NCBI GenBank assembly: GCA_036172245.1 | Contig: JAYWIR010000002.1 | Coordinates: 310,001 to 374,000 of the forward strand | Length of the DNA: 64,000 nt | Origin: Raillietiella orientalis | Taxonomy: Eukaryota | Direction of reading: 5' to 3' | Shown here: positions 23,351 through 35,810 of the stretch, piece by piece | Numbering within the stretch: position 1 is the first letter of the stretch | How the letters are laid out: the number at the start of each line of letters is the position of its first letter | Translations under genes and position numbers: made by a program | The notes under the pieces: model-generated | What the model saw: only the letters and a program-made list of their open reading frames with translations | Database searches by the model: none | What the model was told of the DNA's origin: nothing

Positions 23351-25069
23351 CTGCAAGAGGAGAATCTTTGCTTCCGTCTCTTCTTCCCCTCGCAGACCTC
23401 AAGATGCATTTCCTCCTCCCTTTCCCTTTCTCCGATGGAAAGCTCCCTGCATTCCCACGAGAGTCCCACCACCCTGCGGGAGGTCCCCGATGAGAGAAAA
23501 GGCGGGCAAGAAGTGGCGACCGATTCCGTGCCACGCACGTTCCCGGAGAGGGATACTCCGTGCTCCTTGTAATGAAGGAGAGAAAATTCCCCCCTATTGC
23601 TTTTCCCGTCCCCACCATCACCACCTCCAGGATTTGCTGCGGCTGCTTTTTTACATTGCATCCGCGGAGAAACTGGCGTTTCCAGCCCAAAGGAGGAGGA
23701 GTTCGGGAAGAACGAAAACAAGGAGAATTGGGGAATGTGTGGGGAGCGATAGGGTTCACCTGGATCTGGAAGAGGCAACCTCGGATTCCACGTCGTCCCT
23801 TCTGAGAGCGCTCAGTGCTTAGACGCATCCCGAGTTCCGAATCCATTCATAGTTTAGTACGAGGGCAGCTTCCAGGGAGACAAGTTTCTGGGGAGATGAG
23901 GCGTCCCGGAAATTCCTGGATATTCCCGTGTTTTTTTTTTTTGTTTGTTTCTATTCTCGGGCAACCGGATGCTTCCCGACGAGGGCATCCTGGCCGAGAA
24001 GCCGTCAGGAACCCGAGGAGTGCGGAGAGGGAGGAAACGGCCGGAGTCGGCGGCGAGTTTGTCGGGCGGGAAGTCCTGTGTCTTCTCTTCCCGGCTCCTT
24101 CCTGAATTGGAAGCTGAATTCCTTTCCCTGGAATTCGTAGTCTCCGCGATACTACGACCACGCCCAAAGAAGGAGAAACGTGCAAAAAAAAAAAAAGAAA
24201 AAAAGAAGCCAAGACACACACAAAAAAGTGGGCGTTTCTCCCGAGCTTCGCCCTGTCGGATCCACTTCCAGCGTCCCCGGGACTGCACGGATGCCTCGGA
24301 CAAAAATTTCCCACGGGCGAGTCCGCCCCGACTCGGACCGCAGTGATTTACGAGCTTCGCGGCGCGAGGAAATGATCCGCATTTGCGCCGCAGCAGCCGC
24401 GCGCGCCCCTCGCTTGGAACAGTTAACTTGACCACGCCATCTTGACCGAGTCACGCGCACACGCATGACCGGCCTGCCACCTCGCGAACGAACCAACAAA
24501 CACTTTTCCTCCGTGACCAGCTGCGTCTCTGTGTAGGGTGCTCAGGGAAAGACGGTCGCTGCCGAATGGCTCGCTCCGTAGCGGTAGTTGGCCGAAGCTG
24601 GCAGGCCGCTCCCTGCTTGCCCCAGGCTCTAAGGACCGCCTTCCTTAGATCCGAGGCTGGACCCCTTCCCTCCGAAGCAAACTATCGTCTCGTCCGATGC
24701 CGGCTCTTTTCTCTTTCCTGGACTCTTGTGCTTCGGTCTTCCTTGTGTGACGGGCGTTGCTATGCTCCCTGCAAGGGGGTTCTTCCGGAATTCAGTCTCC
24801 AGAAGTCGGCTGGAGGAGACACGTCTCTTCCCATGGATCGGCTCCCAATGCGTCCGGGTCTCAAGGATGCGGGACAGGGGCAGCAGCGGCGCGCGACCCG
24901 ACAAACTCCAGTCCCCCATTCAGGGCTTTCTGCTTGATCGTGCCCATTTTGCCATCAGCCTCCGTGCTTCTCCGGAGCTCTGAGCAAGTAACTAGCGCGG
25001 TTCGCTAGAAAGGACTGCCTTCTTGCCACATCGCTCTGTGAACCATCTTCCCGTTTGCGAGGAGGCAGA

Positions 25070-25292
25070 AAGGGGAGGGAAGAGGAGGGAAGAAGAAAGA
25101 GAGAAGGAAGGGAGGAGGAGGAAAAAGAGGAGGAAGAGGAGGAGGAGGGAAGAAGGGAAAAGTAAGGAGATAAGAGAAGGAGGAGGAGGCGGTAGAAGAA
25201 AGTGAGGAGGAGGGAGGGAGGAGGAAAAAAAGGAGGAAGAGAAAAACGGTGAAGAAAGGAGGAGGTGGAAGAGGAAGATAAGGAAAAAGGAA
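25070..25292. repeat. low-complexity GA tract in intron 4
   Basis: (GAG/GAA)n-type tract starting just inside the intron, next to the exon 4 donor. Confidence 0.8.
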
Positions 25293-25309
25293 GCATTTTC
25301 ATTTGTTAC

Positions 25310-25488
25310 CTGCAGAAACGCCGGGATGCTTCGCGCCCACGTGACGCAGTGGAACAGCAGTTTCGCGGAGGACTCGTACATGTTTTCCGAGACGATGGGG
25401 GCGGACGTCAGCACCTTGGTCTGGCCCGGAATGTCGCTGGCGCAGTGCTTCGGGAATTCTCCACTGCGGTGGTCATCGTTGAAGGATA
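25310..25488 (-). CDS. NR2E6: NR2E nuclear receptor, coding exon 4 (LBD start)
   Basis: GTCTTCCAG acceptor, phase 1. ...ENMYESSAKLLFHCVTWARSIPAFLQ is the NR2E helix 3 signature; GTAACA donor, phase 0. Confidence 0.9.
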
Positions 25489-26437
25489 CTGGAAGACGGT
25501 AGTTGAAGCAAGGAAAGAGATGAACACATTATGGGTCAGTCCTCTCCCTCCCCCTGGCGCGTCGAAGGTGAAGTTGAAGCATCAACTGGCTGTCCAGGGA
25601 GCTACACGCATGCAGAAGAGGAGGCAAAAAGTTCGGGGTTTGTATGCCACGAAAGGGAGCAGAGGAGTGAGTTTCGGGAAGGGAAAAGGTCCATGGCTAT
25701 GGTCGCCATGATATCCTTGCGGAACTCTTCGGAGGATGGGACATGGCCAAGAGGTGACCCTGCCGATGTGAGCAACAGCAGACGGCGGGCTTGGATGATC
25801 CGGCGTCTCAGCAGCATCGGGTTGTTGGTTCGCGTGCAGTGCCGATTGGGAGACGGGAAGGGAGGGAAGGGTCGTCTAGGATACACGCGACATGCACACC
25901 AGGTGACGCTTGGCTTGTTGAGCCTTCGGGTCCCTATGAAGAAACCAGAGGAGAAGCAAGAGAGGCAAGGACTTCAAGGAGCTGCAGGGAGATTCCAGAA
26001 GAAAGAATCAGGGAGAGTAGTCTAGAGGGAAAGCTGAGCCATCTCCCCACTCGCCCACGACCTCGAAGATGTTCTCTGTACTAGCTTGACTGGCAGTGAG
26101 ATGCCGTCTACTTAATCCCCGGACCTCGGGGTCACAGGAGGGAGAGAGGAAGGTCGTTAGCAAGTCCTTGGATGTCCCAGAACAAATTCCCGCTCTCGGT
26201 ACTGGCGTCCAAGTACAGGACGATCTTCGAGCTGCTGGATGCCAAGATCGGCGTCGGAGCAGCTGCAGCAGGCGCATGTTCCCGGACCCATGGCGGGGAT
26301 GTCTCTCCTTCCAGAGTCCATCCGCTCCCCCGCTTCACCTGTGGTCTTTCCGGCGCGCGCGAGCGAGACGTGTCCGTCCAGACGCCCTCGAAGGGCGAGG
26401 CGGCTCCGCAGTGGCGCTGGCGGAAAGCCGCGCGTAC

Positions 26438-26773
26438 CTTTCCATCCAAAGCGATCCTCCTCTTTGAACTTGGTCGTCCTCGCCTGAGGCGCCTCGCCTC
26501 CAGAGGTGCTGGTCACTTCTTCCTTCTGGTTCACGGGATGCTGCGGCTGCTGCACGCCGTCCACCAGATGGCACCCTCTCCTCTTGGTCAGGAGCGAATT
26601 CAGGCCCAGGGAAGACAGCGGATTCAGCGTATTTGGGACGTAGTTGCTGTGGACGGCGAGGGGCAGCTGATGGGGGGTCAGAGAGTAGAAGGGGAAGACG
26701 CCCTTGCCGAGGACTTCCTGGCCGTGGGGAGGTCTGCGGCTGTACGACTTGGAGGAACGCTCGTGCTGGACGG
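26438..26773 (-). CDS. NR2E6: NR2E nuclear receptor, coding exon 3 (T-box + hinge)
   Basis: TTTCCTGTTGCAG acceptor completes AVQHER (T-box). Open for 336 nt to an AG|GTACGC donor. Phases 1/1 fit the neighbouring exons; the donor position is less certain. Confidence 0.82.
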
Positions 26774-28175
26774 CTGCAACAGGAAAGACCTGGGTTCAGC
26801 TGGTGCGGGCCGAGATCTGGAGCACGCGCCCCAGAAGAAAGCCCCGCGGTTCTGTAGCGCCGCGGAAGGCCGCACCCTCAGTCCACGCTCTGATCTTCAA
26901 CGCCTACCTGAAATAGCCCCTGGGTCGCGTTCGCGCCTGCTCCTCCACCCTTCGAGCCCTCCGGCTACCATGATTATCATTGCAGGTAATCACGAATACC
27001 CATACCTTCGCCGCCCCAAAAACACGCTCCCCACCTTGCAGCGCTAGCGGGAAATGGTTCGTAGACTCTTGCCTGTAAGGCCGTAGGCTCATGCCTGCGT
27101 CCAGCGCGCCGCCCTTATCCGCCGCTGGACCGACCGTTCCCGAATGGCCATCACCAGCGCTCCGCTCGGGAGAAGAACGGAGGGCTCGCTCACAAGGGGC
27201 TTCTTTCGAGGGCACAGTGGACCTGCCTCCTCCCTCTTGACAAGGAGAGGAAGGAAGAAAAAGGGAGAGGCGGCAAGGTCCCTCTGCTGCTTTCGGGAAG
27301 CTCATCTTTCAGGAAGGAAAAGGATGGGAAGGCAAACTGGGATCCTGCAGTCCAGAGAGATTACCGAGAGGGACGCCCCGGCAGGCCCAGTGAGGCTTTC
27401 CTCCTGTGACTAGGCCATGGAGACGACTGTCCTGGATGTGTGACTCTCCTGAGAGTGTTCCGCCAAGGATGTGTCCTCTTGAAGGGCGGATCTGACTCCC
27501 CTAACCCTCCTCTTTCTCTTGAAGGGCGGCGCGTCCTACGCAGGAAAAGAGACCAAGGGAAGCTAAGAGGAATGTCCGGAGCGCAGTAGGGATATTCCCT
27601 CTTCTTCCCTCATCTGCCGCTGTGGCCGGGCAGATGTGGCAGCCTTTGCCGCCGACGCCTTCGGTCTTAGTAAGACGGTGGATGCACGACTCCCTTCGTT
27701 CAAGCCTGGGGGAAAGTTCACTCCGCGGATCTGGGGCCGATGTGAAAAGAAAGCGTCAACGGTGACATCGGCGCAGAAGAAGAGGAACAACAAGAAGAGG
27801 GACGAGAAGAAAAGGACAAAAGGAATAGACATCACGATTGCGGGGACGGCAATCGTGATGTCCATTTTCTCCCTATCCGGATACCAGACGACCGTCCGCC
27901 CCAGGAGCGTCCGTGAGGACAAAGATTTTTCTCTGGAGTACTTGAACGGTAGGGAGAACCTTGATGACGAGGCTGGAAACAATTGGGAGCGACAGTGCTC
28001 TTTCACATTTCTCTGGAGCAGAGGGCACGCTGCTCTACGCCTTACCACCCACCATCCACCCCTTTCCCCTCCTCTCGCCTCTCTTTCTTCCTTTCCGGGT
28101 GGTGCTCTCCGGAGTCTACTCCAGCCTTACCTCCCTCCCCTTGACTTGCGATCCCCAGAGCGCCTTCAGGCTTAC

Positions 28176-28291
28176 CTTCCTTCCTCATGTTCATCTCCAG
28201 GCACTTCTTGAAGCGGCACGCCTGGCACTGGTTCCGCCGCGTGACGTCGATCACGCAGGTTCCGTTCTCTTTGCATACGTAGTCCAGACTT
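28176..28291 (-). CDS. NR2E6: NR2E nuclear receptor, coding exon 2 (second zinc finger)
   Basis: CCTTTCCAG acceptor; SLDYVCKENGTCVIDVTRRNQCQACRFKKCLEMNMRKE; GTAAGC donor. Confidence 0.95.
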
Positions 28292-28460
28292 CTGGAAAGG
28301 AAGGGGAGACACCTGTGATCCGTCTGACCCCTCGCAGAGTCTCAAGCGCGCGCGCAGGAAGGGGGAAGGAAGAGCTGGGAGGTCGGAACGTTGGTCCTTC
28401 TTCTCCTGCCCAGCCTCACCGCCTTCCAGGAGCTGCCCACTGGCAAAGCCAGGTCGTCAC

Positions 28461-28570
28461 CTGCGGATGCTGCGCTTGAAGAAGCCGCGGCATCCGTCGC
28501 AGCTGGTCACACCGTAGTGCTTGCCCGAGGCTTTGTCTCCACACACTCGGCACAGGACGGGCTTGCTCAT
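28461..28570 (-). CDS. NR2E6: NR2E nuclear receptor, coding exon 1 (first zinc finger, P-box CDGCRG)
   Basis: [44 protein letters not shown] donor. A TTTTTTCCAG acceptor 24 nt upstream (exon start 28594, in frame) implies an upstream exon. The subfamily symbol is inferred from the recalled P-box. Confidence 0.93.
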
Positions 28571-29759
28571 TCCGTCGTGATGAAACAGGAACGGCTGGAA
28601 AAAACTTGAAAGTTCCGAGAGTGCAGAAAGCGGGCGTCAGCGACGGCAAGGAAAAGATGCGAGTTCCGAGAGAGCCACGAGAGTCCCAGAGGATAGGAGG
28701 GACGGCAGCTTCCGGTCGGAGGATGTCAGAGAAGAGGGAGGAACAGGAAGACGAGGAGAGAGGGGATGCCTCCTCCACGGGAGTGGGCTGCCATAGTCGC
28801 GTCATGGTCTTTCGGTGGGAGTGAGGACAAATGGAGAGGCCCAGGCAGAACAGGAACCCGGAGTGCGGAAAGAGCTGGTGGTAGAGGAGCAGCCGATGGT
28901 GGCTGGGTGCAAGTAACGGAGGGAAAGGGAGAGAGGAGGAGAGTCCCGGAGAGGGAGCAAAATTAGGGGACAGTGGACACCAGAGCGTGAGAACCCGCCC
29001 TTCTTTGGCCCCATAAACTTGCCCGAACGGGAACATCCTACCACCCGCACTTCATTCTTTTTCCTTGGGAGGAGGAGCGGTGGCAGATCTGCTAGGGCTC
29101 CCCTTGGGGGTGTTCCTCTCCCCGTCGCCGAGGCAACAGAGATCGGAAAGAACTGTACGGGGAAGCGTACGGTTGTGAGTGAAGGAAGGAGGGCACCGTC
29201 TTCATCACAGGCAGGAGGAGAAGGAGAGCGTCCTGGACGCGCGTGATCGAGGGGGAACGCCGGAGTCTTCTCGAAGGGAATGAGTCCCTCCCGGTCCTGC
29301 GAAAATAGGCGGAGGCGAGGCGGAAAGGGGAGATCGCTTTTCTCTTCCCTCTCAGCGGATACAGAGCAGGAGAGAGGGGGGAGGAACCTTCGTGACTTCT
29401 GGGAGAGGCCCATCCCGATCTCTTCTTGAGCCGGAATCTTCGACGTCACGACAGGGAGCGCACGGTTCGGTGCTTCCAGATCGCAAGATTTCCCGGGTCC
29501 TCGACTCGGCATCTGGGAGCCGGAAGAGGGTCCCGGGAACGAGGCGCTTACCCTCCTCCTCCCTCTTCCTCTTGTCCCGCAACCTTAGGAAGCAATTTCG
29601 GCGTCCCGATCGTCGTGAAAGGGGTTCCGAGATTATGGGAGCGGTAGGGGGAGACAGAGATCGCCTCCCCAACTTTCCCTCCACCCTCTCCTTCCTCTCT
29701 CACCCTTTCCCCAGCTCCCCTCGCTCTCCCGAGGAGGGTTCGATCCTGATTCCTCTCCT

Positions 29760-30300
29760 CTAATGACGGCGCGCATCCTGTGCCGGAGGAGGGACTCCGG
29801 TCGTTAAGCCCGCACCACGCCCTTCCTGCGCCGCAACCCTGTGATTTGCCTCCCCGTGCTGCGAGCGGCCGCTCCCGCGAAATTGACCTCCCGCGTGACG
29901 GGCGGGCGGGGACGCGAGGCACCCGCGCGGCGGCGCGCGCCGAACTCGACGCGTTTAATTAGCGGGTGCTCTCCCGCCACGCGCGGGGCGCCTCGTTACG
30001 TCAATCACAGGCGGTCGGGATGACGCGTTGGCTGGGCGTCGGCCGGCGGAAAGGGGATCGACGGGAGGCGCCGGAAGAAACATGCGGTCGTCCCCGGGGC
30101 AGGACGGCCCGGCGGCGGCCGCCTCTGATAAGCACGCGTGTGTGCGCGCACCGAAGCTCCACGGCGCGTGCGCTGAATCGAGCGACCGCCGTCGTCCGCT
30201 TTATGAGAGAACTTCGTCTGAGGGCCCTTCCAATCCCGATCACCCTCGTCTCGGCAGTATGAGGGAACACGGAGCCGCTCAGACATGCGTCACCCGGTCA
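29760..30300. promoter_or_regulatory. candidate promoter/enhancer of the nuclear receptor
   Basis: CpG-rich, non-repetitive segment ~1.2-1.7 kb upstream of the ATG. It carries TGACCT (29884), TAATTA (29956), TTACGTCA (29996) and TGATAA (30126). A possible minus-strand GG|GTAAGC donor is at 29551. Confidence 0.3.
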
Positions 30301-33300
30301 GCAAGCAGGGTCATCAAGCCTCAATGCAGGGTTGCCAAGTGGCACACAAATATCGACAAAAAAAATACAAAAACAAAATTGCGATTTTCCTGGAGAGCAT
30401 AGCGCTGCCGGTCTGTAGAGGTCCGAAATGCGGAAAGGCAGCTCCCCGCTTCGTGCCTGCCTTATCTGCCCGGCAGCAGGATACTCTCCTCCGCCGGGGG
30501 GGGATTTTTGGACGGAGGACGCCGCCTTTGCACCCAGCTGACCCTCCGAAAGGAGGTGTATATGGGGTTCCCTGCCCCCGTCGACGAGCGGGCGAGCGTC
30601 CCTCGTTCCGGGGAGAGCAGGTCTTCGGGAAGGAGCATCAGGAGACGCGCCCACCGGCTGAGCACGAATGCTGCTGCTCCATCTCCAACGAAGCTGCAGA
30701 GATGGGTTCGCTCCCCGCGCCATCATCCTCCCCCGCCCCGTGTCCCTCCGAGAATGAGAAAGGGGGGAGAGGCTTGGCTTTTTCTCGTCATCCTCATTCA
30801 AGAGGCGGCTGAGATGTCCCTGAAGATCATTCTGCGGAGATATGCGCGGACGGACGAGCGAGGCAGGCGGAAAACTCTCTAGACCTTGGGAAAGATCGGG
30901 GAAAGGGGAGATGCTGTCCGGCTGCAGGTCGTCCTAGCAACTGTAACGGTTGCCTACCGAGTTATCTAGACGCGAGGCAAGGAGGACAGGGGGGGGGGGA
31001 GATGAACGAGCGAACCGGGCACCATCTCGCTGGCGCCGCTTCCCTCTCCAGCGCTCATTCGTTCCCTCTTCTTTCGTCAACTCCCCCTCCCTTCACTCCC
31101 TGCGCACTCTCTCCTTCCCATCTCTCTCCTGGATGTCGGCAAGGGTAGGATGTTCAGGAGGAGGGGGAAGGGAACAGGTCGGAGCAGCAGCTCCCACCTC
31201 TTCGTGGAGTAGGAGTGCGGCGAGGGAAAAAAAAACTGACCAAAGCGAAAAAAAACTGACCACCCAAATATTCTACCGGCGCAGTTGCCCTCGCTGCTGC
31301 TGCTGCTACTGCTTCCGCCTTCTCTCTTCCTGGAGCGCCGGTGGGAGGAAACTGATCCTCTCGGAAGACGGGGTGCCACTCCCGGATTTCCCTTCTCTCG
31401 CAGAGCACCAGCTCTGGTCCCGTGCGGAGCGCCTTTTTTTATTTTGTCTCTGGGGGAACCGTGCGCGTGCCGGTCCCTGATAACGGGATCGGGAAAAATG
31501 CGAGGACGCCGACGCCACCTGCAGCTTTTCCTGCCAACACCTGCCGTAGGAGGGGGAACGGTAGAGGGCCCACACCGCCCGCTGTCCGCCGAGGAAGTGC
31601 GGCGGCTGCTTCGGGAGCAGTCGGCACTGGGAACGCCTCCCCCCTCCCCTCCCTCTCCTCTCCTCCTCCGCAGTGCTCCGTCCTCGGCAGTGGAAGGCAA
31701 CCGACGAGCGGATCAAGGGACGGAGAAAGGGAAAGAGGAGACGGGAGGTCACATCGCCGTCGGCGAAAAAGGACTCTCGAGTTTGCCCGTTTTCCTTCTT
31801 TCCTCTTGGCGCTCTCCCGCTGGAATGCGAGCTCCTCGTCTGGAGAAGATGGCACTAGAGTGCCGTCCGCCTTGCCCGAAGAGGGGCGGAAATGGAAGCG
31901 GTGGGGAACCTGGATGCGAGGATGCCCAGGAGAAACACGCCGGCGTGCGCCAGTCCGGAAGTCCGAGTCCCGGGTCGCGCGTGCGCGCAGGCCGGAGACT
32001 TCACTCTGGAAGCCCTGGAGTATGAATCGCCCCTCTCTCGCCATTACGGTTCTCCTAAAGGATTCCTTATTCACCCCCTACCCCCTCCCCTTTCGGCTCT
32101 GTCCTCGCGGATGCGAACGAGGTTCGATAGCACCGGGCCTCCCTGACCACCGCGCGTGACTCTCCTAACCCTCCTCTTTAGTCTTTCTCCCCTTTCCCTT
32201 CCCCAGAACACAGGAAGGAAGGCAGTAGGGGAAGGACTAGCCCCCGCGTGGTTGCGCCCCCACCGATCCGACTCTTGCTGGAGGGCATTCCTTCTTGTCC
32301 CTTCCTAACCACTCGGGGTCCCGGACAGACCTGTGGGAAGAGCAGCCGCCGGTCCTGCTGGTTCCTCGTCGCTGCTTGGACCTTCCAGAGGAGCTCGTCG
32401 GGCAGGAAGCAGGCCGTTAGGCAGCGGGACGCGTCCCTGGAGGCACCCCCGCGGAGAGACGGACGTGACCTGGAAGGTGGGAGCCGACCTGGGAAAGGGT
32501 GCGTGCTGAGGAGGACTCTCGGAGAGAACGCCCGAAGGTGGGTGCGCTTGTGAAAGGGAAGCGGGCGTCTGCGAGGGATGGGGAAGGTAGGAAGGACGGG
32601 ATGGGGCCGTTCGAATCCTTGAATCTGCTCCCTCCCTCATCATCATCGTCCCACTCCAGGGTGAGGGCGGGAGGGTAGGGTTCTTGAGGAAGAGAGCAAA
32701 AAGAGGAAGGGAAGAGAAGGAAGAGGGGGTAAGAGGATCGGGATGGGAGTGAAGGAAGAAAGGCGGAAGTGGCGGCAGGACCAGAGGTCTCAGACACTCC
32801 CGAGAGAAGAGGGAGGGAAGGTGAAAAGGAACCCGCCGGAAGGCGTGGGTGGGAGCGGCGCGCCTCTGCGAGTCCTCCCGGCTTCTCCCCGTTTCTCGTC
32901 ACCTCCCCGTCCCTCTCCCCACACTCATGAATAGTTGATCTGCTGCTGCGGTCTCGGGAGCAGCCTGAGGGCGGGTGGAGGCGGAGGACCAATGAGGAGG
33001 GCGCGCGAGAGGACCGGAAGTAGAGAAAGGAGGGAACGGGGCGCCCGCTGTTCCTTGTGGGTTCCTGCAAGGCCCGTGGGGGGCTCTCAGGAGCTCCCAG
33101 CCAGCCCTTCCGCCTCCTGGAGTGCCGACGGGAAGGGCGCTTCCACTTTACCCTTGCGAGGTTCCACCCGGGAAGGCAGAAGGGGTTCGGGAGCTTCCCA
33201 TTAATGCGGTGGTGGGATAACCGCTACAGGAGGGAGACTCGGGAAAACCTCGGGGATGGGAAGGAGGGGGGAAGGGGAGTAGGATGCGAGCCAGAAGGTC

Positions 33301-35649
33301 ACGAGGTGGGCTCTTCCGGGAATGACGCGCTCCCTCTGCCTCCCTGCACACCACACCTGCCGAGAGTCTCCAGGAAGGAGCGCTTGCTGAGAGGGACGTC
33401 ATCTCACAACCCACCTGGTCTTTAGCGGAAGAGGGACGATGTCCAGGGTAAGTTTAGGGAAGAGTCTAGGGTGATGGTGCGTGGGCCGAGCGAAGCAGAG
33501 GGCAATGGGGATTGTCGGAGCGCCTCGGTGGTTCCCCTCCTCCCAAGGACAAGACTCCCAAGGACCCTCCTCAGGGTAGGAATCTCCCAGGGGATTGGAG
33601 CGTTTCCCAATCCCTCCATCTCCGGAAGCAGGGAGCCGTATTCCATGAGGGAGTTGCGCGGGGCTTCCTAGGGGATGCAGCGATCCCTTTCCAGAGGACC
33701 CGCTGTTAGGAAAGGGAGAGAAAGGCACCTTTCCAGACCTCTCGACTTCCTTGCTCCGACGAGGGATTCTTTCGGGACCCCTTATTTCCTCGCCTCTCGT
33801 CTCCTCCCTGTAGGGGGATCTCCGATGGTCATTGTTGTCCCTCTCTCTCTCCCCGCGGGGCCGCCGCTCCCTTCACTCCTGGGGAAAGCGTGGCTCCTCC
33901 TCCCGGGCACCCGGTTTCCTCTCTCCGGAACGGGAGAGACCACAGGCAAGAGTGGAGGGGAGGGCGAAAAGGGATTTTGAATGAGCCCGAGGGAAAAAAG
34001 GGGTGAAGAGGGGGCTCTCGAGCCCCACCCCACCCTTTCCATTCCCGCACACCTCGGCGGTAGCGACACCCTCTTCCCGCTTCTTCATTCCCCCCCCCCC
34101 CCTTCACGACGGGGTGGGGTGATCGCGAGGTGGGGATGACCTACCTGTTAGGAGCGTGAGCTTATTCCCCTTCGGCGAGCTCCAGGGACCTCTTCTTCCC
34201 GGGAATCCTGTCGCATCCACTGCCTATCCGCCGCGCTCTTCAACCTCGCCAAAATCCGGAAGGAAGGGAAAAAAAGGAAGGGGGGAGGGGAGAAAGAGGG
34301 AATGAAGGGGAGCGCTCGCCGCCGTTCCCGTTCGCGCCAATCCGCGAGAGCCGCTGAGGAACTTCTGGCGGCCGATTGGCTCCCGAGGGCTCCCCTCTTC
34401 ACCCGCTCGGCGTTGTTCTTCGCGGGCGCGCGCTCCCTCCCTTCCCGACTATCGATCCCTGCTCGAGGGAGAGGGGAGGCGCTCGCACGCTGATAGGCTA
34501 AGCACGTGCGCTTTTCTCTCCCGTTCCCGCCGTTGAGTCCTGGAGAAGGAAGGAGGGCCACCGCCCTCCGGAAGAGGATGCGGGCGCTCTCCCTCCTTCC
34601 CGGAGACCGGAGGAGCGGGAAGCGGGATGGAAGAGGGAAAAGCCAACCGAGAACAGACCTGTGCAACGGTCCCTTGCCCTCACTCCCCAACCGCAGGACT
34701 TCTCAGAAATTCAAAGCTCCGCCATGGCAGGGAGAAGTTCCAGGAAAGGGCGGGATCCCGTCTTCCCATTTTCTTTCTTTCCCATCCTCGATCCCATGCT
34801 CCAGTCATAAGGTTGTGGACCAGGGAAAGGAACGACCATTGCCACGGGAAACGCGCCCTCACCCGGAAAAACAGGGAGAGGAGAACGTCTGTTCCCCTCA
34901 CTCCCAAGTTTCTCCACTCCTTCCCACGAGGGCCCCTTCGAGCCCCGCTTTTCCAACTGCTCCTTTCCCTTCACCTTTCTCCTCCCTCAAGACGTCGTGA
35001 GGAGGCGGATGCCTCTCCGGGAGCAAGCGAAGGAAGCCGGGGCAAATCGCCCCAAAGGCAGGAATTCCTGGACGGGGAGCTGTGGCTCCCCCGTTCAGGA
35101 AGGCGGCAGCTGCAGCAGTATCCCGTCCGAGAGGTAAACAGAAACGCCCCCACCTCCTCCTCTCCCCTCATCCCCTCCCCCCTTCCCCATCCTCCCTGGG
35201 AACGGCGCAGCGGAGCGCGGACCCACGAGGGCGCACAGAGTCCGTCTTCGGTGAATAATTAATGAGCGTCCCGCCGTTCTTTCGCGTCGCGAGGCGGTCC
35301 GCAGAGGTCCGCCTTCGGGCGAGCGACCGGGCGCGTGACGCCCACATCGCGGGTGGAGTTACGCGCAACCAGCAAAGCGCGTCTTGGCCATGGCGCGTGC
35401 GCACGTGAAGGCGTGCGGGTGGTCCTCTTCGCCCCGCTCCCGTGGCGCTCGCCGGTGCCTGCTGGAGATCCAACGGCGTAGCGAACTTGTCCCTTTGTCT
35501 TCCCTTCTTCCTCCCCACTCCTCTTCCTCTCCTCCCCCTCAACCTTCCGACTTGTGTCGCTTTCCGGGGGAAGATACGAGCACATTTTTCCCGATCTCCC
35601 TTTCCTCCGTGAGAAACTGGAACGTCGCTTTTGGCCTTTCCGAACAAAC

Positions 35650-35810
35650 CCTTCCTTTCCCTCCTTTCCTCCTCCTCATTCTTCTCATTCCTCTCCTCTT
35701 CCTCCTCTTTCTTTCCTCCTCCTTTCCTCTTCTTTCCTTCCCCCTTTCTTCTCGACCACCGCAGTGCCACCTCGTCCTTCTCCACCATTCCTCCTCCTTC
35801 TTCTCCTGGA
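35650..35810. repeat. low-complexity pyrimidine (CT) tract
   Basis: (CCT/CTT)n-type runs. Confidence 0.8.

Noticed and set aside
26172-27047. 291-aa plus-strand ORF (and 23049-23822, 25265-25711)
   Set aside because: These are antisense shadows of the nuclear receptor exons.
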